Below are positions 27,901 to 33,343 of a stretch of DNA of 64,000 nucleotides, piece by piece. Source of the stretch: a bacterium. Its GTDB lineage: Bacteria > Patescibacteriota > Minisyncoccia > Phycocordibacterales > UBA918. Within the stretch, counting starts at the first letter, position 1. The number at the start of each line of letters is the position of its first letter. Location: contig JAYSUD010000001.1 of the NCBI GenBank assembly GCA_043719295.1, positions 28,943 to 92,942 on the forward strand, given 5' to 3'. Both the position numbers and the translations under genes were made by a program. A model generated the notes under the pieces. It saw only the letters and a list, made by a program, of their open reading frames with translations. It was not told where the DNA came from and made no database searches.

Positions 27901-29725
27901 AACATTTGCGTATGGTGGATCATACGGACTTGATGCAACCGGTAACGAAAATAGTCGAGCTACAGATGGTATAGCACGATTTGATCAGACGGTAAGCCAA
28001 GGACAAATTATTCGGTATATGCAATATGTTGATGTTGCAGCAAGTGGTGATGATGTTTGTACGTTGTTTGGAGTACAGTCACCAGTAACGAGTAATCAGA
28101 ACTACGCACTTTGCCTGACGCGTTATGTATCTAATAAAATTACACTCGCTGAAAATGTCTCTGATATTGGTTCTTCTGGAACAGTACTTTCATCTTCAAG
28201 CGCTGCCTTTATTGGAACTGCGGCATGGTATGAAGTTGAAATAGACTGGAATGGAAGTTTGATTTCTGTTGAAGTGTCTCAAGATGGCAGCCTCATTGCA
28301 ACTACTTCTGCCACAGATAGCTCTTATACTTCTGGAGGCATTGGATTTACCTACTGGTTCCAGCACGGTGGATGGGATAACTACACGTCACGTGCACGAG
28401 TTAATACCGAACCCGTTATCCGTTTTGGTGGAGAACAGGTAGATGGTGGTGCGTCGTGGAAAGCACTACTTGATACTCCTGCCTCATTTATTGCAGGAGA
28501 TAAAGCTCGTCTTCGATTTGCAATTGAAAACACAGGACTTCAAATTACAAATCAAACTTATGACCTTGAGTATGCAGAAAAAGGAGCAGCTCCAAGTTGT
28601 GAATCAGTAAGTAGTCCAAGTTATACGGCTGTTCCGGTAGCAGCGTCATGTGGATCTTCACCAATTTGTATGACAACGTCAACAAATGTATCCAATGGTG
28701 TTTCAATCGCTGACTTACTCTTTGGACCAATTATTAACTTTATTTTAGGTGAACAAGTTGAAGACCCAAGTTACACAACTGATGCATTAACACTCAATCA
28801 AGACGAATACACTGAACTTGAGTATGTGTTTACTCCAACAGTTAATGCAACCGAACCAGCGTACTGTTTACGAGTAACCGATGCAACAGATCCTTTGGAC
28901 ACCTATCTAAAAGTAGCGGAAATGCAGCTACAATTTGATCCTACTGTGACGAATGTATCAATTAATGAAGGACTTCCAATTTCATTGCTTCCGGGCACAA
29001 CTACACGAGTGTTTGCAACAGGTACCGTAACCGATCTTAACGGTCCAAGTGACTTCAATGGTGCAACATCGACCATCTATCGAAGTGGTGTTGCAGGTGG
29101 TGCTTCATGTACAGAAAATAATAACAACTGTTACATATCACAATGTTCAATTGGTGGCTGTATAGGAAATAGTTGTACTGCAACCTGTTATGCAGACGTC
29201 TATTACCATGCCGATGCAACAGACTCGACGTTTGTTGGAGAAAACTGGCTTGCCTCAATAGAGGTGCGTGATCAAAATGGTGTCATTGATATTGGCAGTG
29301 TCCCTGCAGGACAAGAACTCCTATCGTTACGTGCGCTTGATCTGGTGACCAATAGTATCGGATATGGGTCTCTTGCTTCCGGTTCAACTACAGGAGCCTT
29401 TAACCCAACAACTACCGTACGTAGTTTAGGTAACGTTCCAATTGATATTAGTTTGCAAGGTACAGACTTAACTGACGGCTTGTCTTCAACCATCCCGGTA
29501 TACGAACAATTGTTTGCATCAACAACCTTTACCTATACTGGTTGCCCTTCATGTAGCGTATTGTCTTCAACGACACCAGTTTCGCTTGAGCTTGATCTAA
29601 TAAAACCCACCTCAACGTCAACCGCAATAACCGATGTTGTCTATTGGGGAATTGAGATACCCCCAGTTGGTATTGCCGGAAATCCGCACTCAGGTACTAA
29701 CATCTTTTATGCGGTTGCAGACTAA
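12995..29725 (+). CDS. Giant (~5576 aa) cell-surface adhesin: N-terminal TM anchor, acidic linker, phage tail-collar-like HxH domains, FN3-like domains, ~800-aa beta-helix/Cna-B-like super-repeats x3, DUF2341 plus ConA-like lectin module, WxL-like C-terminal domain
   Basis: Single uninterrupted ORF. Strong RBS GAGGAG 8 nt before ATG 12995 (track ORF begins at 12839). Motifs THTHN..HSHTYTP..NHEPPYVSVIFA (tail collar), TNGTTYYWRVRASDP (FN3), repeated FTGSGSWSFTE.. beta-helix rungs, WNARKSVRVENLD...DIRFTDSSG...VWVEVPSL...IFMYYNN (DUF2341), C-terminal ...VVYWGIEIP...HSGTNIFYAVAD. Confidence 0.85.
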   Translation: MSIITALILVGIGGVGVHYTFSNIYASDHKGSIKSTLLVYPSTVLDSTWGGVTDALTSDLDEESMYQDFSARNSAYILLTSDDSTQPSNANTQSQNQVVPQPDEKTDDAPLIPSDETQSSVLESDVVPDAPALETETESVSEPVTLKKATASVFTFLETVTRLFPFAQETVQEPVSEQESDSEASLENIPQAEVVETLKPTVVEVQTVEELPVPLENSTVSTTSPSITLPMLAPVTNETKEVNVQQQNSVQHSITLSDFSIPDLKTGEFITNVQLRMSLGAKYKDQDSEVKPEISISYKTPSSTSDVGTIILEDEVSNALNGGYFLFALPEILTASELRDIHITVTYKGDIKKLDGVFLDAVWLEIDVESIDKEALEEQVLIDTQIKQDEPLLHTMISEQVDFTRSELPKFSLKYNAQRNIAVRFFRDLFGRDLATIEDVSFVHSDAGDIGATPKIDMTSEGLLTIQFEENDMRRLKPGEYTVELEVNEGGVSYTDSFSFQWGLLSLNSNKSVYTPNETATISLGSLSLNGNTVCDANLRLYIIDGANGVSKSEVTPSGLCNGNNVIDIADYSATFIPTTVGIHEMYLERIDVDGTIMSHTSDTFDVREVVPLSIERNGPSRIYPRATYPMELIVDGKSPWVGTLVEVVPSDFVISETDAIVTKRGDFQELTWDISVDVDAPQTVSYTFDAPDISPFLYTVGKAKLVGIQPEPQVIDDAQVEVLVPSEVEPLSPVTVPDDTVIDVIDATDTPIAVEPIESVPETIATSSTESSLEEKDMQPVEEEKTLLEKIIDFIPFIGNDETPASSEVVEPVSELQVSTPELQEPTPMDQVVASEIDALTPSSAVETEVIASSTILMSEAVTVEAMGGETVFEEHRQWQIASDATGSMIAYWTSGASVPSGWTCLSCGSGTFYQKFVRGGATYNQTGGAATHTHNASGTVNASAVANSENRAGVNVALNSHSHTYTPTITASTTLPAYRNLRVIQNNSAGEPATVPAGVVMLFDGTLPSGWVQYAALTNRYPRGENTIASLGTSTHRHTISGSTLAASGSTVDGRAGGTQVSASANTHTHTVSSNTGFVNHEPPYVSVIFATSTTATNTPTGAVTMWTDTPPAQWQNASAQASDPFFDKFIKGSATYGTTGGTETHTHSSVNGITSSAAVGTQNARTGATGANTTHTHAVDVSSFTTTNHLPPYITAIFGRKYGPVPLYTQSGFKFYVNTNASTPTDAWPVGGDALLENEPIDAASVPVKNADVVRIRTQLSVSNSTSTAESFKLQFASTTALCTDATTWTDVGNATSSALWRGYNNAGVSDGATLSSSTISGTDVYGTYEEINPTVTMPNTVGIARQGEWDFVVQQNAALEGTTYCFRMVKSNGTPLFAYAQYPSVVTNEAPNAPSLSKLFDNEKTATTTPDFEFSASDNESNDLTYQIQIDDDALFGSVTVDRNSVTNSAQFENLATPADKDPFTQGELIRFNNTTGLTNGTTYYWRVRASDPTGSNTQGSWSTVRSFTVDTALTFSTWFQTTDEQFDTNTLNGVDGVTDQAQLRVGSTTGTMYSDPVTFSEGLVGTAWGSFAFNDTETSSDLKYTIQYNNGGTWTDIPDSVLSGNVAGFDTSPVSLLGVNKTVYSELRIEANFVNSGASPSLQNWSVTWAYLIETPTINAPFGNEKVATTTPTFEFTTTDPQNDSLQYQIQWSTTYAFTASTTRNSNVNAGFSNATNGGDTDPFNSGDTIRFKIQAGDALTNGTTYWWRVRARDPLGSNTYSFFADPRSLTVDTTVTVSTWFQTTRSQFGNNTLSNTYARGTDVITVATTTQTSLIAYAEGTVTTPRYRTWDGSVWSIESSALDVGATINWTVTKASPTESEYILATMGTDADVNVQVFKNGAWGNLQEVTASISNTTMRGFDVGYEQSSGDAMVVTCDGDANPTYWMWNGSAWSNEGAIGLSAGNTCGWIKLISDPTSDEIIAITRDTTGTGYESRVWSGTAWGNSATWGSMSQTNHEGIAAAYEDSGGQAVVAVSNGTGSSFSWRAWTGASWGAAAAAVTIGDDFESGSMVQDDGTDNLGLCYIDEDGDIGVMRWTGAAWNTFVAASDEIETTWTTASGLYNDQPIDCAYEVGGVRDGYLTAVYSDRTNTRYRSFTGTLPWVAEASVSTLGVGPRVQLRRTGANRVQAMLYATSTDSYNYADWNGTTWSSPLQTLENNGSVGATPFKVPFMIDPSNPSIAGTVVGTPIASFYEGSGPYWQQMSWADTTTGGSDILYQVEYYDGDSWELIPNGLIPGNSTGTTTSPINLTNVLPAATYDEIRPVANMTCNVGTCPSLSDWTITWAAGITISGTADAYDQTTDVTSGTVAVALNGTVQIGKTGTISGGTWSIANVNAAPGDVVSVFVTGAATTSEAVVVTKYDGVGNMSGLNLYQRHLTIGSDDLATITNANLGLYDFTNTEDVFYDVNVGNDLSICTTLTGCTDAEVFIKARNIYQPGSGGDVATHDLENNGTLRLNGNTMRLTGSWDNNATSTLATSTVWFTATGTSETLDETGAISPSFNTLTIGFSTSTATWTLGSALDVNGNLNVNGGTFARNTRAITLAGNLVSALNGVWTGVGTTTFDGSTASNWTDASVALQNIGRVVIDGTTKTVTLGDDAKAQSITIGSDDTFDASSSHFDVTVFRNWINNNTFNARNGTVFFGATTTGRIITAGGDNFYDMTFNGVGGSWSFTENTLGVTNDFGITAAGTVTLPTATTTIAGSFTNSGGTFVHNNGQLYFTAVSAKTLTLGGTAFTNAFYNARFTGSGSWSFTESNATTSNLFRITQGNVTLPSGTLTVGDTFTNSAGTFTHNSGTVKFISAATEVIDTNSSFNSLRFTGSGSFSFLDANVTQLGSLTVTGGTVTLPSGTLTLGGSITNSATLTHNNGTVLLNSTDTGETINLGNSSLYNMTFNSGTGGWTISENATTTNNTTLTSLNSFTLASGKRLSVGAVFTNSVGGGATTWTGSTLSLEAGDYSLNAKANTGDAYNILRIDSNTDIKMWNSSATTYTVDATGSLYSQDHATSDGDLYIFGNYPRSSGTEYWSGAYDFDGTALGGSSRQVDVRFASGASASFTNSIVNIQGSSTATTTIANQGSGNYTVSMYGGTTTARYYSFANLGVTGVSLGGPNNVTSLANGVFNAGVGGGTGLTISSTTIDTNPGLQIYNVSFGTSSPVVANNVKQIDAAPVSYWWFRSSAGTLDGEAFDLDTGDPGSIRWDNSSLSFTISGTVYSDDGVTPLAGGTCNGVTTPVRVVVDGLTSYTGTCSALNGSFSIPGVVAVGDPTITVYLDGASGGQRAVTVSKTPTTDIANFNLYVNRVITRHEDTAPMTIEDMAVYDSTNDSDIKFTAATGSPHTLLVFADTELFIHASTTFTPGGTVTLQSGGTLNSYDGSLHIDNGATFVSSASATTTVGGNFVLDTNATFTHASGTVVMTATTTGKAIVVAGGETATFNLLRFTGSGGAWNLNGNMIAGNAIELKTGTLTGTGNILIPNGSLYGNGLLSLGSGTTTIERTNTLGGTQAWTFANLVLGNGVTVGTTTPGSTATTTIGGKLTLQTGHYLDAGSSRFNFTGSGNVFVENGNFLQDSSSVRYSGVSATNILSTSYYNLELIAGGGTPTYTTVGTGILVGNNLTVGGPNTTTVNVTSNDTPLDVNGNVTIASNGTFIASNSGLLNVGGSWDNNGTFTHSSGSITFDGGGSPVIDAGTSWFNNVTINSTGSFTISPHATSSGAFSLTAATSFTLGSGQVLAVGGTFTNSVGGAATVWTGSTLRLYSGTNFQMNAKTISDAYNILSIGSNTDVRMWNSSATTYTVSASGSLYSQDHNDVAGDVYVYGNYVGNGATDHWSYATDFDGVALGGSSRQVDVRFISGASMELTSGGLSVRGIISASTSIQNQGSGTYGIRIGGTASTSWSYYDVEDMSSVGLTFSGTSQVITLSHGDFEVSQAGGSAITVGGSVINTNTAKTFTFNTFSTTTGITAFNVTATGTAISSWRFTNHTGNIDGEARDVDPDGDPGYLVWDDSAASVTISGNVYSDEGVTVSGVCDGVTNNVHLRIAGLTSYTTTCNVGTGFYSIPGIVFSPGDSLIVYIDGETEKAATITEDIFSSIGNLHLYENRVIVRHEDTDSLSIADMAVWDSTDDADIPFTAVDAGTDTLTLPANRKLIVWASKEFEPNGNVTLSGGGGGAAYDGTLEAQTNAIVTFAGSQTHSIGGSFILGSGSTFDAGLSTTTFTTSGASRTIDINNEGFYNVAFTGSGSWVVTDSILDVNTLIMASGALTLPTGTTTVASSWIVNGGSFGVNGSTLVFTATASGKVVKANGSNFEELIFNGIGGSWSMTDVNATSTGSVTVRKGTVSLPSGIFAVGGNLRNEGGALTHNTSEIVLTNATSATLLASSSDLYGVTFKGAGSFTLSDASLAVLDDFRILQGSVILSSTTLAVGGSWTTTAGTFAHASGTVFFNSTDVGETINPGSSLFYNVNIGNATGGWTISASATTTRNFTISNAASFTQTSGTRLSVGNVFTNSVGGSATTWTGSTLALLSQSEYAINSKTLGGDNYQTLIVGANTDISSWNSKATTTSVSASGSLYSQDHGASNGALSIFGDYHIGTSTKYWSYATDFDGTALGGSPRLVTVSIVNGATTTLGSGALSIVGVSGNETLITNQGSGTYDFNVTGGTFNAQYYKFRNLNSQGLTFSGSPSITSLSYGDFELAVNGGSLIKLSSTTLNANASMLHTGNRFATTTAITGSNVTLLGTTSNAWTFITHTGNLDGEAYDSDGIDACGSIRWSDSSCLLTQQTHYRFRNDDGLVGVPNTEWFNGNWNARKSVRVENLDATSYTNAVVKLEVAYDSDMQVDFEDIRFTDSSGTTTLNHFIERYTASTDADVWVEVPSLGASETETIFMYYNNATASSTSSSTETFIAADDFEDGNKTEYSGDTTLFAVDGTFAYGGSYGLDATGNENSRATDGIARFDQTVSQGQIIRYMQYVDVAASGDDVCTLFGVQSPVTSNQNYALCLTRYVSNKITLAENVSDIGSSGTVLSSSSAAFIGTAAWYEVEIDWNGSLISVEVSQDGSLIATTSATDSSYTSGGIGFTYWFQHGGWDNYTSRARVNTEPVIRFGGEQVDGGASWKALLDTPASFIAGDKARLRFAIENTGLQITNQTYDLEYAEKGAAPSCESVSSPSYTAVPVAASCGSSPICMTTSTNVSNGVSIADLLFGPIINFILGEQVEDPSYTTDALTLNQDEYTELEYVFTPTVNATEPAYCLRVTDATDPLDTYLKVAEMQLQFDPTVTNVSINEGLPISLLPGTTTRVFATGTVTDLNGPSDFNGATSTIYRSGVAGGASCTENNNNCYISQCSIGGCIGNSCTATCYADVYYHADATDSTFVGENWLASIEVRDQNGVIDIGSVPAGQELLSLRALDLVTNSIGYGSLASGSTTGAFNPTTTVRSLGNVPIDISLQGTDLTDGLSSTIPVYEQLFASTTFTYTGCPSCSVLSSTTPVSLELDLIKPTSTSTAITDVVYWGIEIPPVGIAGNPHSGTNIFYAVAD

Positions 29726-29729
29726 TTGA

Positions 29730-29870
29730 GATGATATGATAAGGACTTACGCAAACGAGTGCAATTCGAGGCGTACAAGTAAAATGTGACGAGGTGTACG
29801 GTATAGTACATAGAGGAATATTTTGCGCAGTACAACGAAGAAGTGTGCCGTTTGCGGAAGTCCTAAAAAA
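29730..29870 (-). repeat. Family-2 element, reverse orientation (copy R6)
   Basis: Reverse complement reads ...CGCAAAATATTCCTCTATGTACTATACCGTACACCTCGTCACATTTTACTTGTACGCCTCGAATTGCAC, near-identical to the core of the 46897-47020 copy. Confidence 0.55.
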
Positions 29871-29871
29871 T

Positions 29872-31350
29872 ATGAGAGCTCTTGTTAGTATTATCATCTT
29901 CACGTTACTCTATCTGCCTTTTTCTGCGTCGGTTACTTTTGCGGTTGATACTGAAGCTCCAGAGATTTCTAATGTAAAAATTGCGTCAACAACTGACAAT
30001 GCGATTACCGTTACGTGGGAAACTGATGAGGATTCAGACTCCTTAATTAACTATGGCTTTCAAGAAGACTACGGAATTGTGCGTGTACCTGAAGCAGATA
30101 AAAAGGCACACACAATAACACTTGATAACCTTGATCCAGGACGCGTCTATTACTTTCGAGTAGTATCAGCCGATGGTGAAGGGAACCAAGGAATTTCAGC
30201 TGACTATAAAGTGCAAACAACCGGAACTCCTCAAGCTATGGGAGAAGGGCAGGCAGATGGACAAGGGGAAGGGCAAGCAACTCCAACGCCACAAGATGTT
30301 CAAAAAATTCAAGAAATAATTAAAGAGATAAAAGATCCTAAACAGCTTGAAGAGATTCTCAATGAAACCGTTAAAGCAATTCAGGGTATTACTGAAGACT
30401 TAACTATTGTCGGTCCACCGACAGTAATTCCAGAAACTACAACTGCGCTCGTTAAGTGGACAACTGACCGTGAAGCAAACTCGACCGTATTTTTCTCTTC
30501 AACAGATGAATATGTCCCAGGCAGTTATGTGTACTCTCAAGCAAGTACTAACGGTGTTACCACAGACCACGAGGTTCGACTTATCGGACTTACCTCATTT
30601 ACCGAATACCACTTTAAAGTTGTTTCAACTGATGCGGTAAATATAACTGGTGAAAGTCGTGACTATACATTCAAAACAAAGGCATCACTTCCTGAAATTC
30701 GAAACTTACGAATTATTAAAGTAGAAGAAAACTCCGCAACGCTTGCATGGGATACAACCGTTCCTGCAAAAGCACTTGTTGAATACCAAGACTTATCAAC
30801 GGGGGGTCAAAACTCAAAAGGACGACCAACCCTCGCCACAACACATCAGATGCGTATTGATGATCTTACCTTGGGTACGCGGTACTTGGCATTTGTGACT
30901 GCAGAAAACGGAGGAGGAGATAGAGTAAAAAGCCAACCTATTACGTTCATTACGGTTAAAGATAATGCACCACCAATCATTAGTAACGTAACCAATGAAT
31001 CAACACTGTTCCCAGGAGGTGATTCACGTGTCCAGAGTATTGTTGAGTGGAAAACAGATGAAGCTTCTTCGTGTGTGATGACGTATCGTGAAGGAGTTGC
31101 AGGAGGAGTTGAGCCAACAGTTATTGAACAAGTGTCAATTTCATATACCGATAAACACGTTGAGGTAATTGTTGATTTTGCACCTGCTACCGTGTATCAA
31201 TTCTGGTTAAACTGTAGTGATGAAGCAGGGAATGCTGTTCAGTCGGAAAACTTTGTGCTCTTTACTCCAATACAAGAAAAAAACATTATTGACTTGATTC
31301 TTGAAAACTTCCAGTCAACGTTCGGATGGGTTAAGAATATTGGGGCGTAA
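29872..31350 (+). CDS. Secreted protein with ~4 tandem fibronectin type III-like domains
   Basis: Signal peptide MRALVSIIIFTLLYLPFSASVTFA; repeated ...TVTWETDE.S...Y..V...TH.I.L..L.PG..Y.FRVVS.D..GN modules. Start moved to ATG 29872 (the track ORF's N-terminal extension overlaps repeat R6). Confidence 0.65.
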   Translation: MRALVSIIIFTLLYLPFSASVTFAVDTEAPEISNVKIASTTDNAITVTWETDEDSDSLINYGFQEDYGIVRVPEADKKAHTITLDNLDPGRVYYFRVVSADGEGNQGISADYKVQTTGTPQAMGEGQADGQGEGQATPTPQDVQKIQEIIKEIKDPKQLEEILNETVKAIQGITEDLTIVGPPTVIPETTTALVKWTTDREANSTVFFSSTDEYVPGSYVYSQASTNGVTTDHEVRLIGLTSFTEYHFKVVSTDAVNITGESRDYTFKTKASLPEIRNLRIIKVEENSATLAWDTTVPAKALVEYQDLSTGGQNSKGRPTLATTHQMRIDDLTLGTRYLAFVTAENGGGDRVKSQPITFITVKDNAPPIISNVTNESTLFPGGDSRVQSIVEWKTDEASSCVMTYREGVAGGVEPTVIEQVSISYTDKHVEVIVDFAPATVYQFWLNCSDEAGNAVQSENFVLFTPIQEKNIIDLILENFQSTFGWVKNIGA

Positions 31351-31793
31351 AAATGAGCAAACGAGCGTAGCGATTATTGCGAATTTTCGTCCAACTTTCC
31401 GCTGTTGCCCGAGAACCTAGTTCATATGTGTAGCGACAGCGGAAGATATGAACTAGGTTCAGCGGAAAGTTCTGGACGTCTCCAACGCTTAGATAACCCT
31501 CGACCTTTCTCAATTTCGAAGATGTGGATACAAAGTAGGTTTGTTTTGGATGAGTGTGTTTTAATAGACGAATAGAAAAGTGTAGACGTATTTGATTGTA
31601 TCTAGCAAATTGAGCGCGATATGCGTTTGAGGGTTCCAGCAGTTTCTGCTCACCTTGCGTTGGAGACGTCCAGCAGTTTCCGCCGAGAGAACTTTAGAAC
31701 TCAGCTAACGCTGAGGTTCGAAAGTTCTCTCTAGGGCAAGGCGGAAACTGGGACAGGAATTCAAAATAGTCACTACGTTCCTTTTTTCATTTC
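31351..31793. repeat. Two family-1 hairpin elements (31365-31493 '+' form; 31631-31776 '-' form) ending in a conserved leader abutting the ABC gene start
   Basis: GTTGGAGACGTCCAGCAGTTTCCGCC GAGAGAACTTTAGAAC TCAGCTAACGCTGAGG TTCGAAAGTTCTCTC ...GGCGGAAACTGGGACAGGAATTCAAAATAGTCACTACGTTCCTTTTTTCATTTCATG. Confidence 0.8.
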
Positions 31794-33116
31794 ATGGCTA
31801 AACCCCTCATCATCTGTCGTAACTTGGACATTACCTATAACAAGGGTAAGTCAAATGAATTTAAGGCGCTTGTGAATGCAAGTACTGATATTTATGAGGG
31901 TGAGTACATCATTCTCTTTGGTGCTTCGGGTTCGGGGAAATCTACACTGATGTACGCTATTCAGGGATCACTACCACCAGGAGGAGGGACGATGCTTATT
32001 GGTGGGGAAGACATCTATTCAATTCCCGTTGATGATAGAATCTACTTTCAGCGGTACGTGATGGGAATTATTTTCCAGTCGTTTAACCTCATTGGTTCGT
32101 TGTCAGTTCTTGATAACGTGGCACTCCCTATGATTTTCTGTAATGCTGATAAACCAACACGCGAACGTCGTGCGCAATCGCTCCTTGAACGTTTCGGAGT
32201 GGGTCACGTATCACATAAAATCCCGTCCATGCTTTCAGGAGGTCAGCAACAGCGTGTGTCTGTTGCCCGTTCGATGGTTAACGATCCAAAAATTCTCTTG
32301 GCTGACGAACCCACAGGAAACCTCGACTCTGTTTCAACACAACAAGTAATGGATAAAATTGATGAGATTAATACGTTCGATAAACGTACTATTATCATGG
32401 TGTCGCACAACGCCGCACACTTAAGTTACGCACACCGCGTGTATTACCTTAAAGATGGGTACATTGTTCGTGAGGTAGTAAATCCACAACGTAAACAAAT
32501 TAAACCGGTAAAAGAAGGCGAGACTATTGTGACGGAACTTGAACAGCTCGCGCGATTGTATCCATACGACTCTATTGAATCACTCCGTGTTAAGAGTTTA
32601 GTTAACTATGTGACACAAGACTATACATTTAGTCAGATTGAACGTCTTGAGCGTGCGTTGGAGTATTTTATTGGAGGGAAAATAGACGATGTGGCAGCAA
32701 TAAAGATGATGATGTCGCCGTATGAACGGGGAGGTATTGGTATTCCTGAAAAAGAAGCTAAACGGATGCTTCATGTTGCAAGTAAAATGCTTTCTCAAGC
32801 AGACGACATTAGACGATTCCGAAAGCAGTATGATCAAGCGCATACTTTTTTTGATCAACATAAGCTTTCAGAACGCCTCCGCGATCACTTGCTCTACGCA
32901 CACCACATGAAACTAACTAAGAAACAAGATGAGAATCTTGTGGAGGTAATTGCCGATAGAGTGGTTGGCGTTTCAGGTGAAGATGATTTTCATGAACGCT
33001 TAGGTAAAACAGTCTCACAAGGTGGGCTTGCGTTATCAAGAGATGAGCAAGATAGCATCACGAGGTATTTTGAGAAGATTATTGCGCAGGGGGTTGACGT
33101 TAGTTATAAGAATTAG
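31794..33116 (+). CDS. ABC transporter ATP-binding protein (MacB/LolD-type NBD) with ~200-aa helical C-terminal extension
   Basis: Walker A GASGSGKST, Q-loop, signature LSGGQQQRVSVARS, Walker B LLADEPTGNLD, H-loop VSHN; extra C-terminal region without recognised motif. Confidence 0.85.
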   Translation: MAKPLIICRNLDITYNKGKSNEFKALVNASTDIYEGEYIILFGASGSGKSTLMYAIQGSLPPGGGTMLIGGEDIYSIPVDDRIYFQRYVMGIIFQSFNLIGSLSVLDNVALPMIFCNADKPTRERRAQSLLERFGVGHVSHKIPSMLSGGQQQRVSVARSMVNDPKILLADEPTGNLDSVSTQQVMDKIDEINTFDKRTIIMVSHNAAHLSYAHRVYYLKDGYIVREVVNPQRKQIKPVKEGETIVTELEQLARLYPYDSIESLRVKSLVNYVTQDYTFSQIERLERALEYFIGGKIDDVAAIKMMMSPYERGGIGIPEKEAKRMLHVASKMLSQADDIRRFRKQYDQAHTFFDQHKLSERLRDHLLYAHHMKLTKKQDENLVEVIADRVVGVSGEDDFHERLGKTVSQGGLALSRDEQDSITRYFEKIIAQGVDVSYKN

Positions 33117-33206
33117 TGGGCAACTCAAGTCTTGCTGTTTCTGGGGATACTGCGAGTACATAGAAAGTACTTGTGTGGTGTAATAGAGGAATAAAGGTAA
33201 GTGCTA

Positions 33207-33326
33207 GCGTTGGAGACGTCCAGCAGTTTCCGCCGAGAGAACTTTAGAACACAGCTAGCGCTGAGGTTCAAAAGTCCTCTCTAGGGCAAGGCGGAAACTG
33301 GGACAGAAGTTCAAAATAGTCATTAC
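33207..33326. repeat. Family-1 hairpin element between ABC ATPase and permease genes, with same conserved leader up to the permease ATG
   Basis: GTTGGAGACGTCCAGCAGTTTCCGCC...GGCGGAAACTGGGACAGAAGTTCAAAATAGTCATTACATTCCTTTTTTCACTTCATG, ~90% identical to 31657-31796. Confidence 0.8.
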
Positions 33327-33343
33327 ATTCCTTTTTTCACTTC

